DNA from: Candidatus Caccoplasma merdipullorum
Lineage (GTDB): Bacteria; Bacteroidota; Bacteroidia; Bacteroidales; G3-4614
Assembly (NCBI GenBank): GCA_017694415.1
Contig: JADIMW010000084.1
Coordinates: 2,794 to 66,793, forward strand
Reading direction: 5' to 3'
DNA length: 64,000 nt
Made by a program: the position numbers and the translations under genes. Positions 48,397 to 58,122 of this stretch are shown here, one piece after another (the first letter of the stretch is position 1; every line of letters starts with the position of its first letter). The notes beneath the pieces are model-generated. The model saw nothing but the letters and a program-made list of their open reading frames with translations. It had not been told where the DNA came from and ran no database searches.

Positions 48397-48459
48397 TTGC
48401 TTGTCGCGGCGTCGTACGGATACGGGGGTGGTGTTGTCCTGCCTCTTGTTCCGCACCGG

Positions 48460-49185
48460 TCAGAGTATCCCCATAAGTTTCAATATGGTTGGGGTCATGA
48501 ATGATGTAAGCACACCGTTTACTATAAGGCCGAGCGTCGCGTATGCGCCGTGCTCGCTGCTTACGGCCATCGACGCCGATGTTCCTACGGCATGTGCTGC
48601 CGTCCCCATAGAGAGGCCTTGCGCTCCAGCCCCTTTTACGTGTACCATGTTCATCGTCTTGTATCCGAGTATGGCTCCGAGTATGCCGACGAATATTACT
48701 ACCGCTGCCGTGAGGGAGGGGATTCCTCCTACCGAGCTGGTTACTTCTATGGCTATGGGGGTGGTTACCGATTTGGGTGCGAGCGACAGGATTACGTCTT
48801 TCGAGGCGCCCATTATCTTTGCTATCGATACTACGGAGACTATCCCGACTATACACCCTGCGAGTTGCGACAGGAATATCGGCACGAAGTGTTTCTTTAT
48901 CGCTTCGAGCTGCATGTAAAGCGGTACGCCGAGGGCTACTATTGCGGGTTTGAGCCAAAACTCGATATACTGCCCTGCTTCGCCGTATGTTTCGAATGTT
49001 ATCCCCGTCAGCTTCAGGAACGTTATCATGACTGCTACCGTTATCAGTATTGGGTTAAGCAATGCCCATCCGCTTTTCTTGTAAAGGCGGAGCGAAAGAT
49101 AATAGACTATGAATGTAAGGGCTAACAGAAAAAAGCCGTTTTCGAGATATTTCATTTCTTTTTGTTTGATATTTGATATACCCAC
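48460..49185 (-). CDS. lrgB: LrgB/CidB family membrane protein
   Basis: 241 aa polytopic protein. LAPKSVTTPIA and GTAAHA motifs are typical of LrgB. Confidence 0.88.
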   Translation of the reverse strand: MGISNIKQKEMKYLENGFFLLALTFIVYYLSLRLYKKSGWALLNPILITVAVMITFLKLTGITFETYGEAGQYIEFWLKPAIVALGVPLYMQLEAIKKHFVPIFLSQLAGCIVGIVSVVSIAKIMGASKDVILSLAPKSVTTPIAIEVTSSVGGIPSLTAAVVIFVGILGAILGYKTMNMVHVKGAGAQGLSMGTAAHAVGTSASMAVSSEHGAYATLGLIVNGVLTSFMTPTILKLMGIL

Positions 49186-49490
49186 CCTGTTACGGCCAGC
49201 ACGAGGATTGTGCTGACGAATGCCGATACGAGTATCGGCCAGAACTCTTCCTGTATCAGGTCGAGGTAGAGCATCAGGGCTATGCCGGGGGGGACGAAAA
49301 AGAAGCCTATGTTGCTGACAAGAAAATCGGAAATCTTCTGTATCTTCTCCAGCTTGATTACTTTAAATTTAAGCAGGCAGGTGAGGAGTATCATTCCGAT
49401 AATGCTCGAGGGGAGCTTGGTTCCGGTAAGATATACCACAAGTTCGCCCATTGCCAGACATCCGAATATTACCGCACATTGTCGTACCAT
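49152..49490 (-). CDS. lrgA: CidA/LrgA family holin-like protein
   Basis: 112 aa with 4 TM segments, immediately upstream of lrgB and overlapping it by 34 nt. Confidence 0.8.
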   Translation of the reverse strand: MVRQCAVIFGCLAMGELVVYLTGTKLPSSIIGMILLTCLLKFKVIKLEKIQKISDFLVSNIGFFFVPPGIALMLYLDLIQEEFWPILVSAFVSTILVLAVTGWVYQISNKKK

Positions 49491-49601
49491 ATCTGTTCTG
49501 TTTTTTGCACCGGCCTTATGCCGGGATATTATGTTCGAGACCGGCGCCGGGATATAATCCGAATGCCGGTCTCTGTTTTTGCATTGTGCTGTTTACAGTC
49601 T

Positions 49602-51098
49602 TTATCTTGTGTATTTCGAGAAGTCGCTGTTGTGCATGTCGCCGGTTTCCATAAGTGCCTTGTGGAATTCGAAACATGCGTCGAGCGAATGCGGGGTTTG
49701 TCCGCCACGTTCCAGCTTGAGGTATTCTCTCAGCAGCGGACGGTATGACGGATGTGCGCAGTTTTCGATTATCGCCTCGGCTTTTTCGCGCGGCGATTTG
49801 CCTCTCAAATCGGCAATACCCTGCTCGGTTATTACAACCGATACGGAGTGCTCGCTGTGGTCGAGATGCGATACCATGGGGACTATCGCGCTTATCTTGC
49901 CTCCTTTGGCTTCGGACGGGCACGTGAATATCGACAGGTATGCGTTGCGCGTAAAATCGCCCGAACCGCCTATGCCGTTCATCATCTTCGTTCCGGTTAT
50001 GTGCGTGCTGTTTATGTTTCCGAAGATGTCGGCTTCGATGGCGGTGTTTATCGTTATGAGTCCGAGTCGGCGAACGACTTCGGGGTTGTTGGATATTTCC
50101 TGCGGACGTAATACTATCTTGTCGCGGAAGAAATCGACGTCGGATATTATCTGGTCCATAACTTCGTCGCTTACGGTAAGCGACGAGCCGCTGGCAAATA
50201 CGCATTTACCGCTCTTCATGAGCGATACTACCGAGTCTTGTACTACTTCGGTGTACATCATGAACGGGGGAATGTCGGGGTTGCTGCCCAATCCGCCGAG
50301 CACAGCATTTGCTATGTTGCCCACTCCCGACTGTATGGGAAGGAATGATGAGGGTATCAACCCTTTTTTGAGCTGCGATACGAGAAAGTCGCATACGTTG
50401 GCGCCGATTTTTGTGGTTACTTCGTCGGGTTCGGTGAAATGAGCCACTCCGTCGTGCAGGTTGCTTTCAACTATGCCTATTATTTTCGACGGATCGACTT
50501 TTATATACGGAGTCCCGATACGGTCCTTGGGGGTGTAAACGGGTATCTCGCGACGGTATGGAGGGTCGGCGGGCTGGTATATGTCGTGAAACCCTTCTAC
50601 TGCCTCGGGTATGTGGTGGTTGAGCTCTATTATTACCTTGTCGGCCAAATCGCATACGGTGGGGGCTATTCCTACGCCCATGCACGGGATTATGCGTCCG
50701 TCGTCATATACTTTCGAGGCTTCTACTATCGCAAAGTCGAGTTTGCCGAAGAATCCGTAGCGGAGGCATTGTGCCAACTGCGACAGGTGCATATCGACGT
50801 ATGATATTTCGTTTGCATTGATTGCTTCGCGCAACGATTTGTTGGACTGGTACGGCGTGCGGAACTTCACTGCTTTTGCGCGTGCCAGAACGCCGTCGAG
50901 CATGTCGCTCGACGAGGCTCCCGTAAAGAGGGATACTTTAAAGGGACGGCCTGCGGCATGTTCGGCTTCTGCTTTCTGTGCAAGTGCCGAAGATACTACT
51001 TTGGGAGTGCCTGACGCGGTAAATCCGCCGAAACCTATCTTCGCGCCGTCGTTTATATACGAAGCGGCTTCTTCAGGGGTGATGATTTTAAATGCCAT
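49602..51098 (-). CDS. acetyl-CoA hydrolase/transferase family protein (succinate CoA-transferase type)
   Basis: 498 aa. The N-terminus FGGFTASGTPK and the GIGGSGDF-type loop are characteristic of Cat1/ScpC-like CoA-transferases. Confidence 0.9.
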   Translation of the reverse strand: MAFKIITPEEAASYINDGAKIGFGGFTASGTPKVVSSALAQKAEAEHAAGRPFKVSLFTGASSSDMLDGVLARAKAVKFRTPYQSNKSLREAINANEISYVDMHLSQLAQCLRYGFFGKLDFAIVEASKVYDDGRIIPCMGVGIAPTVCDLADKVIIELNHHIPEAVEGFHDIYQPADPPYRREIPVYTPKDRIGTPYIKVDPSKIIGIVESNLHDGVAHFTEPDEVTTKIGANVCDFLVSQLKKGLIPSSFLPIQSGVGNIANAVLGGLGSNPDIPPFMMYTEVVQDSVVSLMKSGKCVFASGSSLTVSDEVMDQIISDVDFFRDKIVLRPQEISNNPEVVRRLGLITINTAIEADIFGNINSTHITGTKMMNGIGGSGDFTRNAYLSIFTCPSEAKGGKISAIVPMVSHLDHSEHSVSVVITEQGIADLRGKSPREKAEAIIENCAHPSYRPLLREYLKLERGGQTPHSLDACFEFHKALMETGDMHNSDFSKYTR

Positions 51099-51122
51099 TT
51101 CCGTTGTGTTTTTATATCGTAA

Positions 51123-51524
51123 TCAATATTTTCTGTTCAGTATTTCGGATGCTATTATTGCTTTGCGCACTTCTTCGGCATCGGCAAAGTAACCGCCGCG
51201 TTCTTCTTCGTTCCGAGAGGGTTCTTCTCTGCGCGGCGTCAGCCGTTTTTTTGTCTCCGAGGGGTTGCGCTCTGCTGCGGTATATGTCTGTGTATCGGGG
51301 AATTTGTCTGCTTCGTCCGTTTTTAAAGCGGTTAAAATTCCGGATATTTCATCGAAGGGGGAGACTTCTTCCGACTCCGTCTCCGTTTGCCGCGGGCGGG
51401 ACATGTTCTGACTGTTTTTTCTCTGCTGTTCAGCCGATTTTATAACACCTCTTACGACAAATATTAGAATTATAAGTATGTAAATCCACAAATAATCCAC
51501 CGCTTTTTTTAATTTTGCGCTCAA
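51123..51524 (-). CDS. hypothetical N-terminally anchored, largely disordered protein
   Basis: One TM helix (YLWIYILIILIFVV) followed by a low-complexity acidic/basic region. Only TTG (51524) or GTG starts are available upstream of the helix, so the start is uncertain. Confidence 0.45.
   Translation of the reverse strand: MSAKLKKAVDYLWIYILIILIFVVRGVIKSAEQQRKNSQNMSRPRQTETESEEVSPFDEISGILTALKTDEADKFPDTQTYTAAERNPSETKKRLTPRREEPSRNEEERGGYFADAEEVRKAIIASEILNRKY
51510..51517 (+). promoter_or_regulatory. -7 promoter box TAATTTTG for miaB
   Basis: Matches TAnnTTTG, 53 nt upstream of the ATG at 51570. Confidence 0.4.
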
Positions 51525-51569
51525 AATTACAAATTATCGGTGAATTGTTCCCATTTATAAATCTACAAA

Positions 51570-52928
51570 ATGAGTTTTGAAGGTAATAATGATGCTGCCG
51601 CTACGGTAAAGAAGGTTTTTATCGAGACTTACGGTTGCCAGATGAATGTGGCCGACAGCGAGGTTGTGGCTGCCGTATTGGATAATTGCGGTTACGCTTT
51701 GTGCGACTCGCCCGACGATGCCGATGCGGTATTCATAAATACCTGTTCTATCAGGGACAACGCCGAGAAAAGGGTTATTTCGAGACTTTTGTTTTTCAAT
51801 ACGCTGAAAAAGCGCAAACCGAAACTGATTGTCGGGGTGCTGGGGTGTATGGCCGAAAGGGTACGGGAGGAACTTGTATCGAAATACAGTGTGGATGTTG
51901 TTGCCGGGCCCGACTCGTATTGCGACCTGCCTAACTTGATTGGGGCGGCAGAGTGCGGCGAGAAGAGCGTTAATATAGAACTATCGACTACCGAGACTTA
52001 CAAGGATATTGTTCCGCTGCGCATAGGCAAGGGCATATCGGGGTTCATCTCCATTATGAGGGGATGCAACAATTTTTGTTCGTACTGCATAGTTCCTTAT
52101 ACGAGGGGACGGGAGAGAAGCCGCTCGCCGCAGAGCATACTGACCGAACTCGACGACCTTATGGCCAAAGGATACAGAGAGGTTACCCTGCTGGGGCAGA
52201 ATGTAAACTCGTACCGTTTTGCGGATGACGACGGTACGGTAACGGATTTCCCGAAACTGCTCGAAACCGTATCGGACAGGGCGGGGGAGGGGATGAGAAT
52301 CCGCTTTACCACTTCGCACCCTAAAGACATGAGCGACCGTACGCTGGAGGTTATCGCCGCCCGCAAGAATATCTGCAACCATATTCATCTGCCTGTCCAG
52401 TCGGGCTCGGACAGGATTCTCGCGCTGATGAACAGGAAATATACGCGCGACTGGTATCTCGAAAGGATTGAGGCTATCAGGAGAATTATTCCGGGGTGCG
52501 GCATCTCCACCGACCTGTTCTGCGGTTTTCATTCGGAGAGCGAGGAGGAGTTCGGTGAGACTCTGTCGTTGATGCGTACCGTGGGGTTCGATTCGTCTTT
52601 CATGTTCAAATATTCCGAACGTCCCGGTACTTACGCTTCGAAACATTTGCCGGACGATATTCCGGAAGAGGTGAAAATAGAGAGGCTGCAACGTATGATT
52701 GAATTGCAGAACGAACTTTCGCTGGAGAGCAACCGCCGCGAAGTGGGTAAGGTCGTGGAAGTGCTCGTGGAAGGGGTGTCGAAACGCTCTACCGCCCAAT
52801 TTGTAGGCCGAACGGAGCAGAACAAGACTGCTGTTTTCGACCGGAACGGATATAGAATCGGGGATTTTGCCAAGATAAGGATTACCGATGTTACTTCGGC
52901 TACTTTAATGGGCGTTCCTGCGGAGTAA
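51570..52928 (+). CDS. miaB: tRNA-i6A37 methylthiotransferase
   Basis: 452 aa with an N-terminal UPF0004 Cys triad (ETYGCQMN...NTCSIR...GCMA), a radical-SAM CNNFCSYC motif and a TRAM domain. Confidence 0.95.
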   Translation: MSFEGNNDAAATVKKVFIETYGCQMNVADSEVVAAVLDNCGYALCDSPDDADAVFINTCSIRDNAEKRVISRLLFFNTLKKRKPKLIVGVLGCMAERVREELVSKYSVDVVAGPDSYCDLPNLIGAAECGEKSVNIELSTTETYKDIVPLRIGKGISGFISIMRGCNNFCSYCIVPYTRGRERSRSPQSILTELDDLMAKGYREVTLLGQNVNSYRFADDDGTVTDFPKLLETVSDRAGEGMRIRFTTSHPKDMSDRTLEVIAARKNICNHIHLPVQSGSDRILALMNRKYTRDWYLERIEAIRRIIPGCGISTDLFCGFHSESEEEFGETLSLMRTVGFDSSFMFKYSERPGTYASKHLPDDIPEEVKIERLQRMIELQNELSLESNRREVGKVVEVLVEGVSKRSTAQFVGRTEQNKTAVFDRNGYRIGDFAKIRITDVTSATLMGVPAE

Positions 52929-53009
52929 TGCCGTTTTCGGCGTTTTTATTATCTTCGCACTTTGACCGCATGCGGTTTTTTGCATGTTTATTTTACTGCT
53001 ACTCTATAT

Positions 53010-56000
53010 ATGATACGTTACGAAAAACTTAACAACATCCTCGGGTGGACGGTTTTTTTTATTTCGGCCGTCGTTTATACCCTGACGCTCGAACCTACCG
53101 CAAGTTTCTGGGACTGCGGAGAGTTTATCTCTTCGGCTTATAAATTGGAGGTGGGACACCCGCCCGGAAACCCAATCTTTATGATTACGGCACGGTTCTT
53201 CGCCAATTTCGCATCCGACCCTACTCAGGTGGCGTGGTGCGTAAACTTCATGTCGGGTCTGTTGAGCGCGGCAACCATAATGCTGCTGTTCTGGACTATT
53301 ACCTGCCTGGCGAGAAAGATTGCCGACGACGGCGACAGGGAGGGGGAGATGTCGCTCAAAACAATGATTACGGTTTTGGGGTGCGGACTTGTGGGTTCTT
53401 TGGCTTATGCCTTTAGCGATACATTCTGGTTCTCGGCCGTAGAGGGTGAGGTTTATGCTTATTCTTCGTTCTGTACGGCTCTTGTCTTCTGGCTTATCCT
53501 TAAATGGGAGAAACGCGCCGACGAGCCTCATTCGTATAAATATATAGTATTGATTGCTTATATTATAGGTGTGTCGGTTGCCGTGCATCTGCTCAACTTG
53601 CTGTGTATTCCGGCTATCGTACTTGTCTATTATTACAGGAAGTTCAACAATCCTACGGCCAAGGGGTCGCTTGTTGCCGTACTGGTTTCGTTCCTTATTA
53701 TCGCGTTTATATTGTACGGTCTTGTGCCCGGCTTTGTAAAGGTTGCGGGGTGGGCGGAACTGTTGTTTGTAAATGTTTTCGGCGCTCCGTACAATACGGG
53801 TGCTATTATCTATTTCTTCCTCGTCATTCTCTGTATAGGGTGGGGGATTTACGAAACTTTCAAACAAAAAGACATTTTAAGGATAAAGCTTTCGTTCCTC
53901 GTAAGTATCGTTATGGTCGGCATTCCGTTCGTAAGCGACAACCCTTATATTTCGGCCTCTATTGCGGCATTGTTCGCTATTTATGTTTTCTACCGCAAAA
54001 ATTTGAACATAACGCTTGTAAATACTGTTCTTACTTGTATTATGGTCGTGTTCATAGGGTATTCGTCGTACGCGCTGATTATAATCCGTTCTACCGCCAA
54101 TACCCCGATGGACCAGAATTCTCCGGAGGATGTTTTTGCTCTTTCGAGTTATCTTAACCGCGAACAGTACGGCGAAAGACCTCTTATTTACGGTTATACT
54201 TTCGTGTCGGACGTGGCTCGCGACGAGAACGGGAATGCCATGTCGAAAGAGGGGCATCCTATCTGGAGCCGCGTTGTAAAAACCGACCCGGACCAACCGG
54301 ACAAGTATGTAGTTAAAGACCATAAACGCGACTATATTTACAACCCGGAACTGAACATGCTCTTTACGCGAATGTACAGCAACAATCCGCAACATGTCGC
54401 GGCTTACAAGGAATGGAGCGGTTTTAAGGGGAAACCGGTACAGGTCAAGACTCCTACGGGATACAAGACGGTGGTAAAGCCTACGTTTATGGAGAACCTG
54501 AAGTTTTTCCTTAATTATCAGGTGAACTTCATGTACTGGAGATATTTCATGTGGAACTTCGCGGGACGTCAGAACGATATTCAGGGACACGGCGAGGTTT
54601 CGAAAGGGAACTGGATTAGCGGGTTCAACTTCATAGACAAGTATATTGCGGGCGACCAGACGCTGCTGCCTTCGGACTTGAAGGAGAACAAGGGGCATAA
54701 CGTATTTTACATGTTGCCGCTGATTCTCGGTCTTATAGGGCTTTTCTATCAGGCTTATTCGGGCCAGAAGGGGATTGAGGGGTTCTGGATAACGTTCTTC
54801 CTGTTCTTTATGACGGGTCTCGCAATAGTAATCTACCTTAACCAGACTCCTTATCAGCCGAGGGAGAGGGATTATGCATACGCGGGTTCGTTCTATGCGT
54901 TTGCTATCTGGATAGGACTCGGCGTTGCTGCCGTATCGAAACTGCTGAGAAAGCTCTTCTTCGAAAAGAAGCCTGCTGTTGGTGCGGCTCTTGCCGCTCT
55001 TGTCTGTCTGTGTGTTCCGTTGCAAATGGTAAGCCAGACTTGGGACGACCACGACAGGTCGGGGCGTTATGCCGCCCGCGATTTCGGCATGAACTATCTC
55101 TCGTGTGTTGAAGAGAACGGTATTATCTTCACGAACGGCGACAACGAGACTTTCCCTCTGTGGTATGCACAGGAGACGGAAGGGTTCAGAACGGACGTAA
55201 GGGTCTGCAACCTGAGCTATTTGCAAACCGACTGGTATGTGGGTCAGATGAAGAGCCGGGCTTACGAATCAACTCCGCTTCCAATAGATATGGAGGAGAG
55301 CCGCTACGGCAACAACAAACTGGTTTATGCTTATATCTTCGATTTGCTCAACAACAATTCGTCGTTGTCGCTGGATGCCGCCCTTAAATTCCTGATGTCG
55401 GAAGAGGAGTGGACAAAGAGAATCAGCAACTACGACGAGAGAATCGATATTATTCCTTCGCACGTTATGCATATCGACATCGATTCGGCTGCCATAGACA
55501 GCGTTATTCCGAGAAACCTGAAAGGGAATGTTGTAAACAGGATGGTTATAGACCTTTCGGACAAGAACGGATTGATGCTTAACGAAATTGCTGTTCTGAG
55601 CATTATAAACTCTATTGCCAAAGACGGCTGGAAGCGTCCTGTTTATTATGCCGCCACTGTTTCGCCGGAAATGTACGTGAACCTCGACGATTATTTCGTT
55701 TCGGTGGGTATGGCCAACAGAATACTTCCCGTGAAGGCTAAAGGCGATGATGAAATAATGGTGGATATTGACAAGATGTACGATAACATGATGAATAAGT
55801 TCCGTTTCGGCGGCGTGGATAACCCGGATGTTTATCTTGATGAGAACATACGCCGCATGAGCTATACGTTGAGAATGATGTTTATCGATCTTGCTGACGC
55901 CCTTATTAGGGAAAACGACAACGAAAGGGCTTTGAAAGTAATTGATTACATGATGGAGAAGATTCCGGCATCGGCAGTAAGACACGATTACCTGTCGGCA

Positions 56001-56285
56001 CAGGTGGCTTATATGTATTACAGCCTCGGTGAAAAGGAAAAGGGTATGGATCTGATGAAGGAGATTGCCGACAATTCGCTGGAATATGTTATTTGGTACG
56101 CTACTCTTACGCCTAACCAGCTCAACTCGGTGAGAAGCGACTTTATAAAGCATGAATATACTCTCAAGACTGCAATATATTTCATGTTGCAGGAGGGTGA
56201 AAATGAAGCTGCCGAAAAGTATCTTGTAACTTTGAGCGACATGGGACTTGATCTGTTCGGCGACGAAAATGAATCGGAAGGATGA
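53010..56285 (+). CDS. DUF2723 (TMEM260-like, GT-C-fold) large membrane protein with C-terminal helical-repeat domain
   Basis: Start trimmed to MIRYEKLNNILGW.... The first-loop acidic motif FWDCGEF is followed by more than 10 TM segments over ~700 aa and then a ~350-aa soluble alpha-helical region. Confidence 0.85.
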   Translation: MIRYEKLNNILGWTVFFISAVVYTLTLEPTASFWDCGEFISSAYKLEVGHPPGNPIFMITARFFANFASDPTQVAWCVNFMSGLLSAATIMLLFWTITCLARKIADDGDREGEMSLKTMITVLGCGLVGSLAYAFSDTFWFSAVEGEVYAYSSFCTALVFWLILKWEKRADEPHSYKYIVLIAYIIGVSVAVHLLNLLCIPAIVLVYYYRKFNNPTAKGSLVAVLVSFLIIAFILYGLVPGFVKVAGWAELLFVNVFGAPYNTGAIIYFFLVILCIGWGIYETFKQKDILRIKLSFLVSIVMVGIPFVSDNPYISASIAALFAIYVFYRKNLNITLVNTVLTCIMVVFIGYSSYALIIIRSTANTPMDQNSPEDVFALSSYLNREQYGERPLIYGYTFVSDVARDENGNAMSKEGHPIWSRVVKTDPDQPDKYVVKDHKRDYIYNPELNMLFTRMYSNNPQHVAAYKEWSGFKGKPVQVKTPTGYKTVVKPTFMENLKFFLNYQVNFMYWRYFMWNFAGRQNDIQGHGEVSKGNWISGFNFIDKYIAGDQTLLPSDLKENKGHNVFYMLPLILGLIGLFYQAYSGQKGIEGFWITFFLFFMTGLAIVIYLNQTPYQPRERDYAYAGSFYAFAIWIGLGVAAVSKLLRKLFFEKKPAVGAALAALVCLCVPLQMVSQTWDDHDRSGRYAARDFGMNYLSCVEENGIIFTNGDNETFPLWYAQETEGFRTDVRVCNLSYLQTDWYVGQMKSRAYESTPLPIDMEESRYGNNKLVYAYIFDLLNNNSSLSLDAALKFLMSEEEWTKRISNYDERIDIIPSHVMHIDIDSAAIDSVIPRNLKGNVVNRMVIDLSDKNGLMLNEIAVLSIINSIAKDGWKRPVYYAATVSPEMYVNLDDYFVSVGMANRILPVKAKGDDEIMVDIDKMYDNMMNKFRFGGVDNPDVYLDENIRRMSYTLRMMFIDLADALIRENDNERALKVIDYMMEKIPASAVRHDYLSAQVAYMYYSLGEKEKGMDLMKEIADNSLEYVIWYATLTPNQLNSVRSDFIKHEYTLKTAIYFMLQEGENEAAEKYLVTLSDMGLDLFGDENESEG

Positions 56286-56314
56286 TCTGAATACACATCA
56301 TAGAATTATATTTG

Positions 56315-56354
56315 AAAAAATATCCGCATGTGTGCAGCATGCGGATATTTTTTT
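56315..56354 (+). terminator. rho-independent terminator of the DUF2723 gene
   Basis: aaaaaatatccgcatg-tgtgcag-catgcggatattttttt has a perfect stem flanked by A- and T-runs. This is why the listed ORF start at 56312 is rejected. Confidence 0.85.
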
Positions 56355-56361
56355 GCGTCTA

Positions 56362-56369
56362 TATATTTG
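56362..56369 (+). promoter_or_regulatory. -7 promoter box TATATTTG
   Basis: Matches TAnnTTTG, 18 nt upstream of the ATG at 56387. Confidence 0.5.
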
Positions 56370-56386
56370 AACAGTTTATTTTGGAG

Positions 56387-57019
56387 ATGATAATAGAGCA
56401 GCCACCATATATATACAGGATGCTGTATCCTGAAACTATCTGGAGGATTCCCCGCAGGGAAAAGACCGTATATCTTACTTTCGACGACGGTCCTATACCG
56501 GAAGTTACCCCGTGGGTTCTTAATGTTCTCGACCAATATAACATAAAGGGTACTTTTTTTTGCGTAGGGGATAATGTGGCTCGCTACAAGGAACTTTACA
56601 ACGAGATTATTTCGAGGGGACACCTTACCGGAAATCATACTATGAATCATATTCAGGGTATCCACAACACTCCGAATAATTACATAAAGAATGTTGAGGG
56701 TGCCAATACTCTTATAAACAGCACATTGTTCCGACCTCCTCACGGACACATGCTTTTCAGGCAGACTTTGACTCTTCAGAAACTGGGTTACCATATAATA
56801 ATGTGGGATGTCGTTACGCGCGATTACAGCAAGAAAATGAAACCTGAACAGGTATTGGAGAATGTAAAGAAATATACCCGCAACGGCTCTATTATAGTAT
56901 TCCACGATTCGCTTAAGGCTCAGAAAAACCTGAGATATGCTCTTCCTAAAGCCATAGAGTGGCTCAAGGAGAACGGTTACAAGATTAAACCTCTTCCTTT
57001 CAACTGCATAAATCACTGA
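56387..57019 (+). CDS. polysaccharide deacetylase family protein (CE4)
   Basis: CE4 motifs TFDDGP, HTMNH and the RPPHG-like FRPPHGH. Confidence 0.85.
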   Translation: MIIEQPPYIYRMLYPETIWRIPRREKTVYLTFDDGPIPEVTPWVLNVLDQYNIKGTFFCVGDNVARYKELYNEIISRGHLTGNHTMNHIQGIHNTPNNYIKNVEGANTLINSTLFRPPHGHMLFRQTLTLQKLGYHIIMWDVVTRDYSKKMKPEQVLENVKKYTRNGSIIVFHDSLKAQKNLRYALPKAIEWLKENGYKIKPLPFNCINH

Positions 57020-57252
57020 TAACCTGCTGAAATTTGCGTTATCCGACGGCATGTTTTATGCTTTGATATAACTTCTCCGTACAGTCTCCGCGCTATACGG
57101 GTTATATTACGCTTTTATATACTGCTTCCGTCTGTTGCTGCCTTTACATGCCCTTTAGCTTGGCGATTCGGTAAAGAGGTTATTTTTTTCTGCTGCCCAA
57201 AATTTTTTAATAAAAAGTTATTATCTTTATGTTCTTGTTTTCCGGAACACCT

Positions 57253-57284
57253 TATATGCAGTGAATGTTAAGACACTGCATATA
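57253..57284. promoter_or_regulatory. 11-bp perfect inverted repeat upstream of the ECF sigma gene
   Basis: tatatgcagtg-(10 nt)-cactgcatata, 33 nt upstream of the ATG at 57317. Could be an operator or a 5'-UTR hairpin. Confidence 0.5.
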
Positions 57285-57316
57285 GGTATAATTGTATAGG
57301 TTACATATTCGACTTT

Positions 57317-57823
57317 ATGAGTGTGAAAGAGGATTTATTGGATAACAAACTGCTGAATATAAAGGATAACATGTTGGGGTTTGCCTATTCGCTGACAAAC
57401 AACGAGGAGGAAGCCATGGATCTTTTTCAGGATACGGCATTGAAGGTTCTGGACAGCAGGGACAAATATATCGACAAGTCGAATTTTGCAGGGTGGGTAT
57501 TTACCATTATGCGAAACATCTTTATAAACAATTACAGACGTTCTTTGAGAAACAAGGTTGTTTTGGAGGATGACGATAACTGTTATTCTTTGCCTTATAT
57601 AAATAATACTACCGACAATTCGTGCGATATTCACACTTTGAACGATATAAATATAGTACTTAAAAGTTTTTCGAAAGATTACAGTGTTCCTTTATCGATG
57701 TTCATAATTGGATATAAATATGTGGAAATAGCCGAATGTATGAACATGCCGATAGGTACGGTTAAAAGCAGGATACATATTGCAAGATGCAAACTTCAGA
57801 AGGCTCTGGAGGATTACAAATAA
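57317..57823 (+). CDS. RNA polymerase sigma-70 factor, ECF subfamily
   Basis: 168 aa with region 2 (FAGWVFTIMRNIFINNYRR) and region 4 HTH (YVEIAECMNMPIGTVKSRIHIARCKL). Confidence 0.85.
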   Translation: MSVKEDLLDNKLLNIKDNMLGFAYSLTNNEEEAMDLFQDTALKVLDSRDKYIDKSNFAGWVFTIMRNIFINNYRRSLRNKVVLEDDDNCYSLPYINNTTDNSCDIHTLNDINIVLKSFSKDYSVPLSMFIIGYKYVEIAECMNMPIGTVKSRIHIARCKLQKALEDYK

Positions 57824-57913
57824 AAATTTAAACTGTTTGCTTTTTGCAATGGATAATATTCTTTATATTTGTATTGCTTTTGAGCGTTTATTTTAAATTT
57901 TATCAATTAATCT

Positions 57914-57939
57914 ATACCGTAGATTTTTATTTACGGTAT
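57914..57939 (+). terminator. terminator candidate after the sigma gene
   Basis: ataccgta-(10 nt)-tacggtat forms an 8-bp stem followed by ttt. Confidence 0.5.
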
Positions 57940-58122
57940 TTTAAAACCTTGAATCTTGTTGCTATAAAAATTATATGATAAACAATTTTGTTACTGTCGG
58001 TAACTGTATATAAACTCTGCATCTGTTATCGGACTATCGTTTATCCTGTATACAAAAGGATTTTTTCACGTTATCGCTTATTTCTAACCACCGCCTTACA
58101 GCAGCGGATAAATTTATATTTT

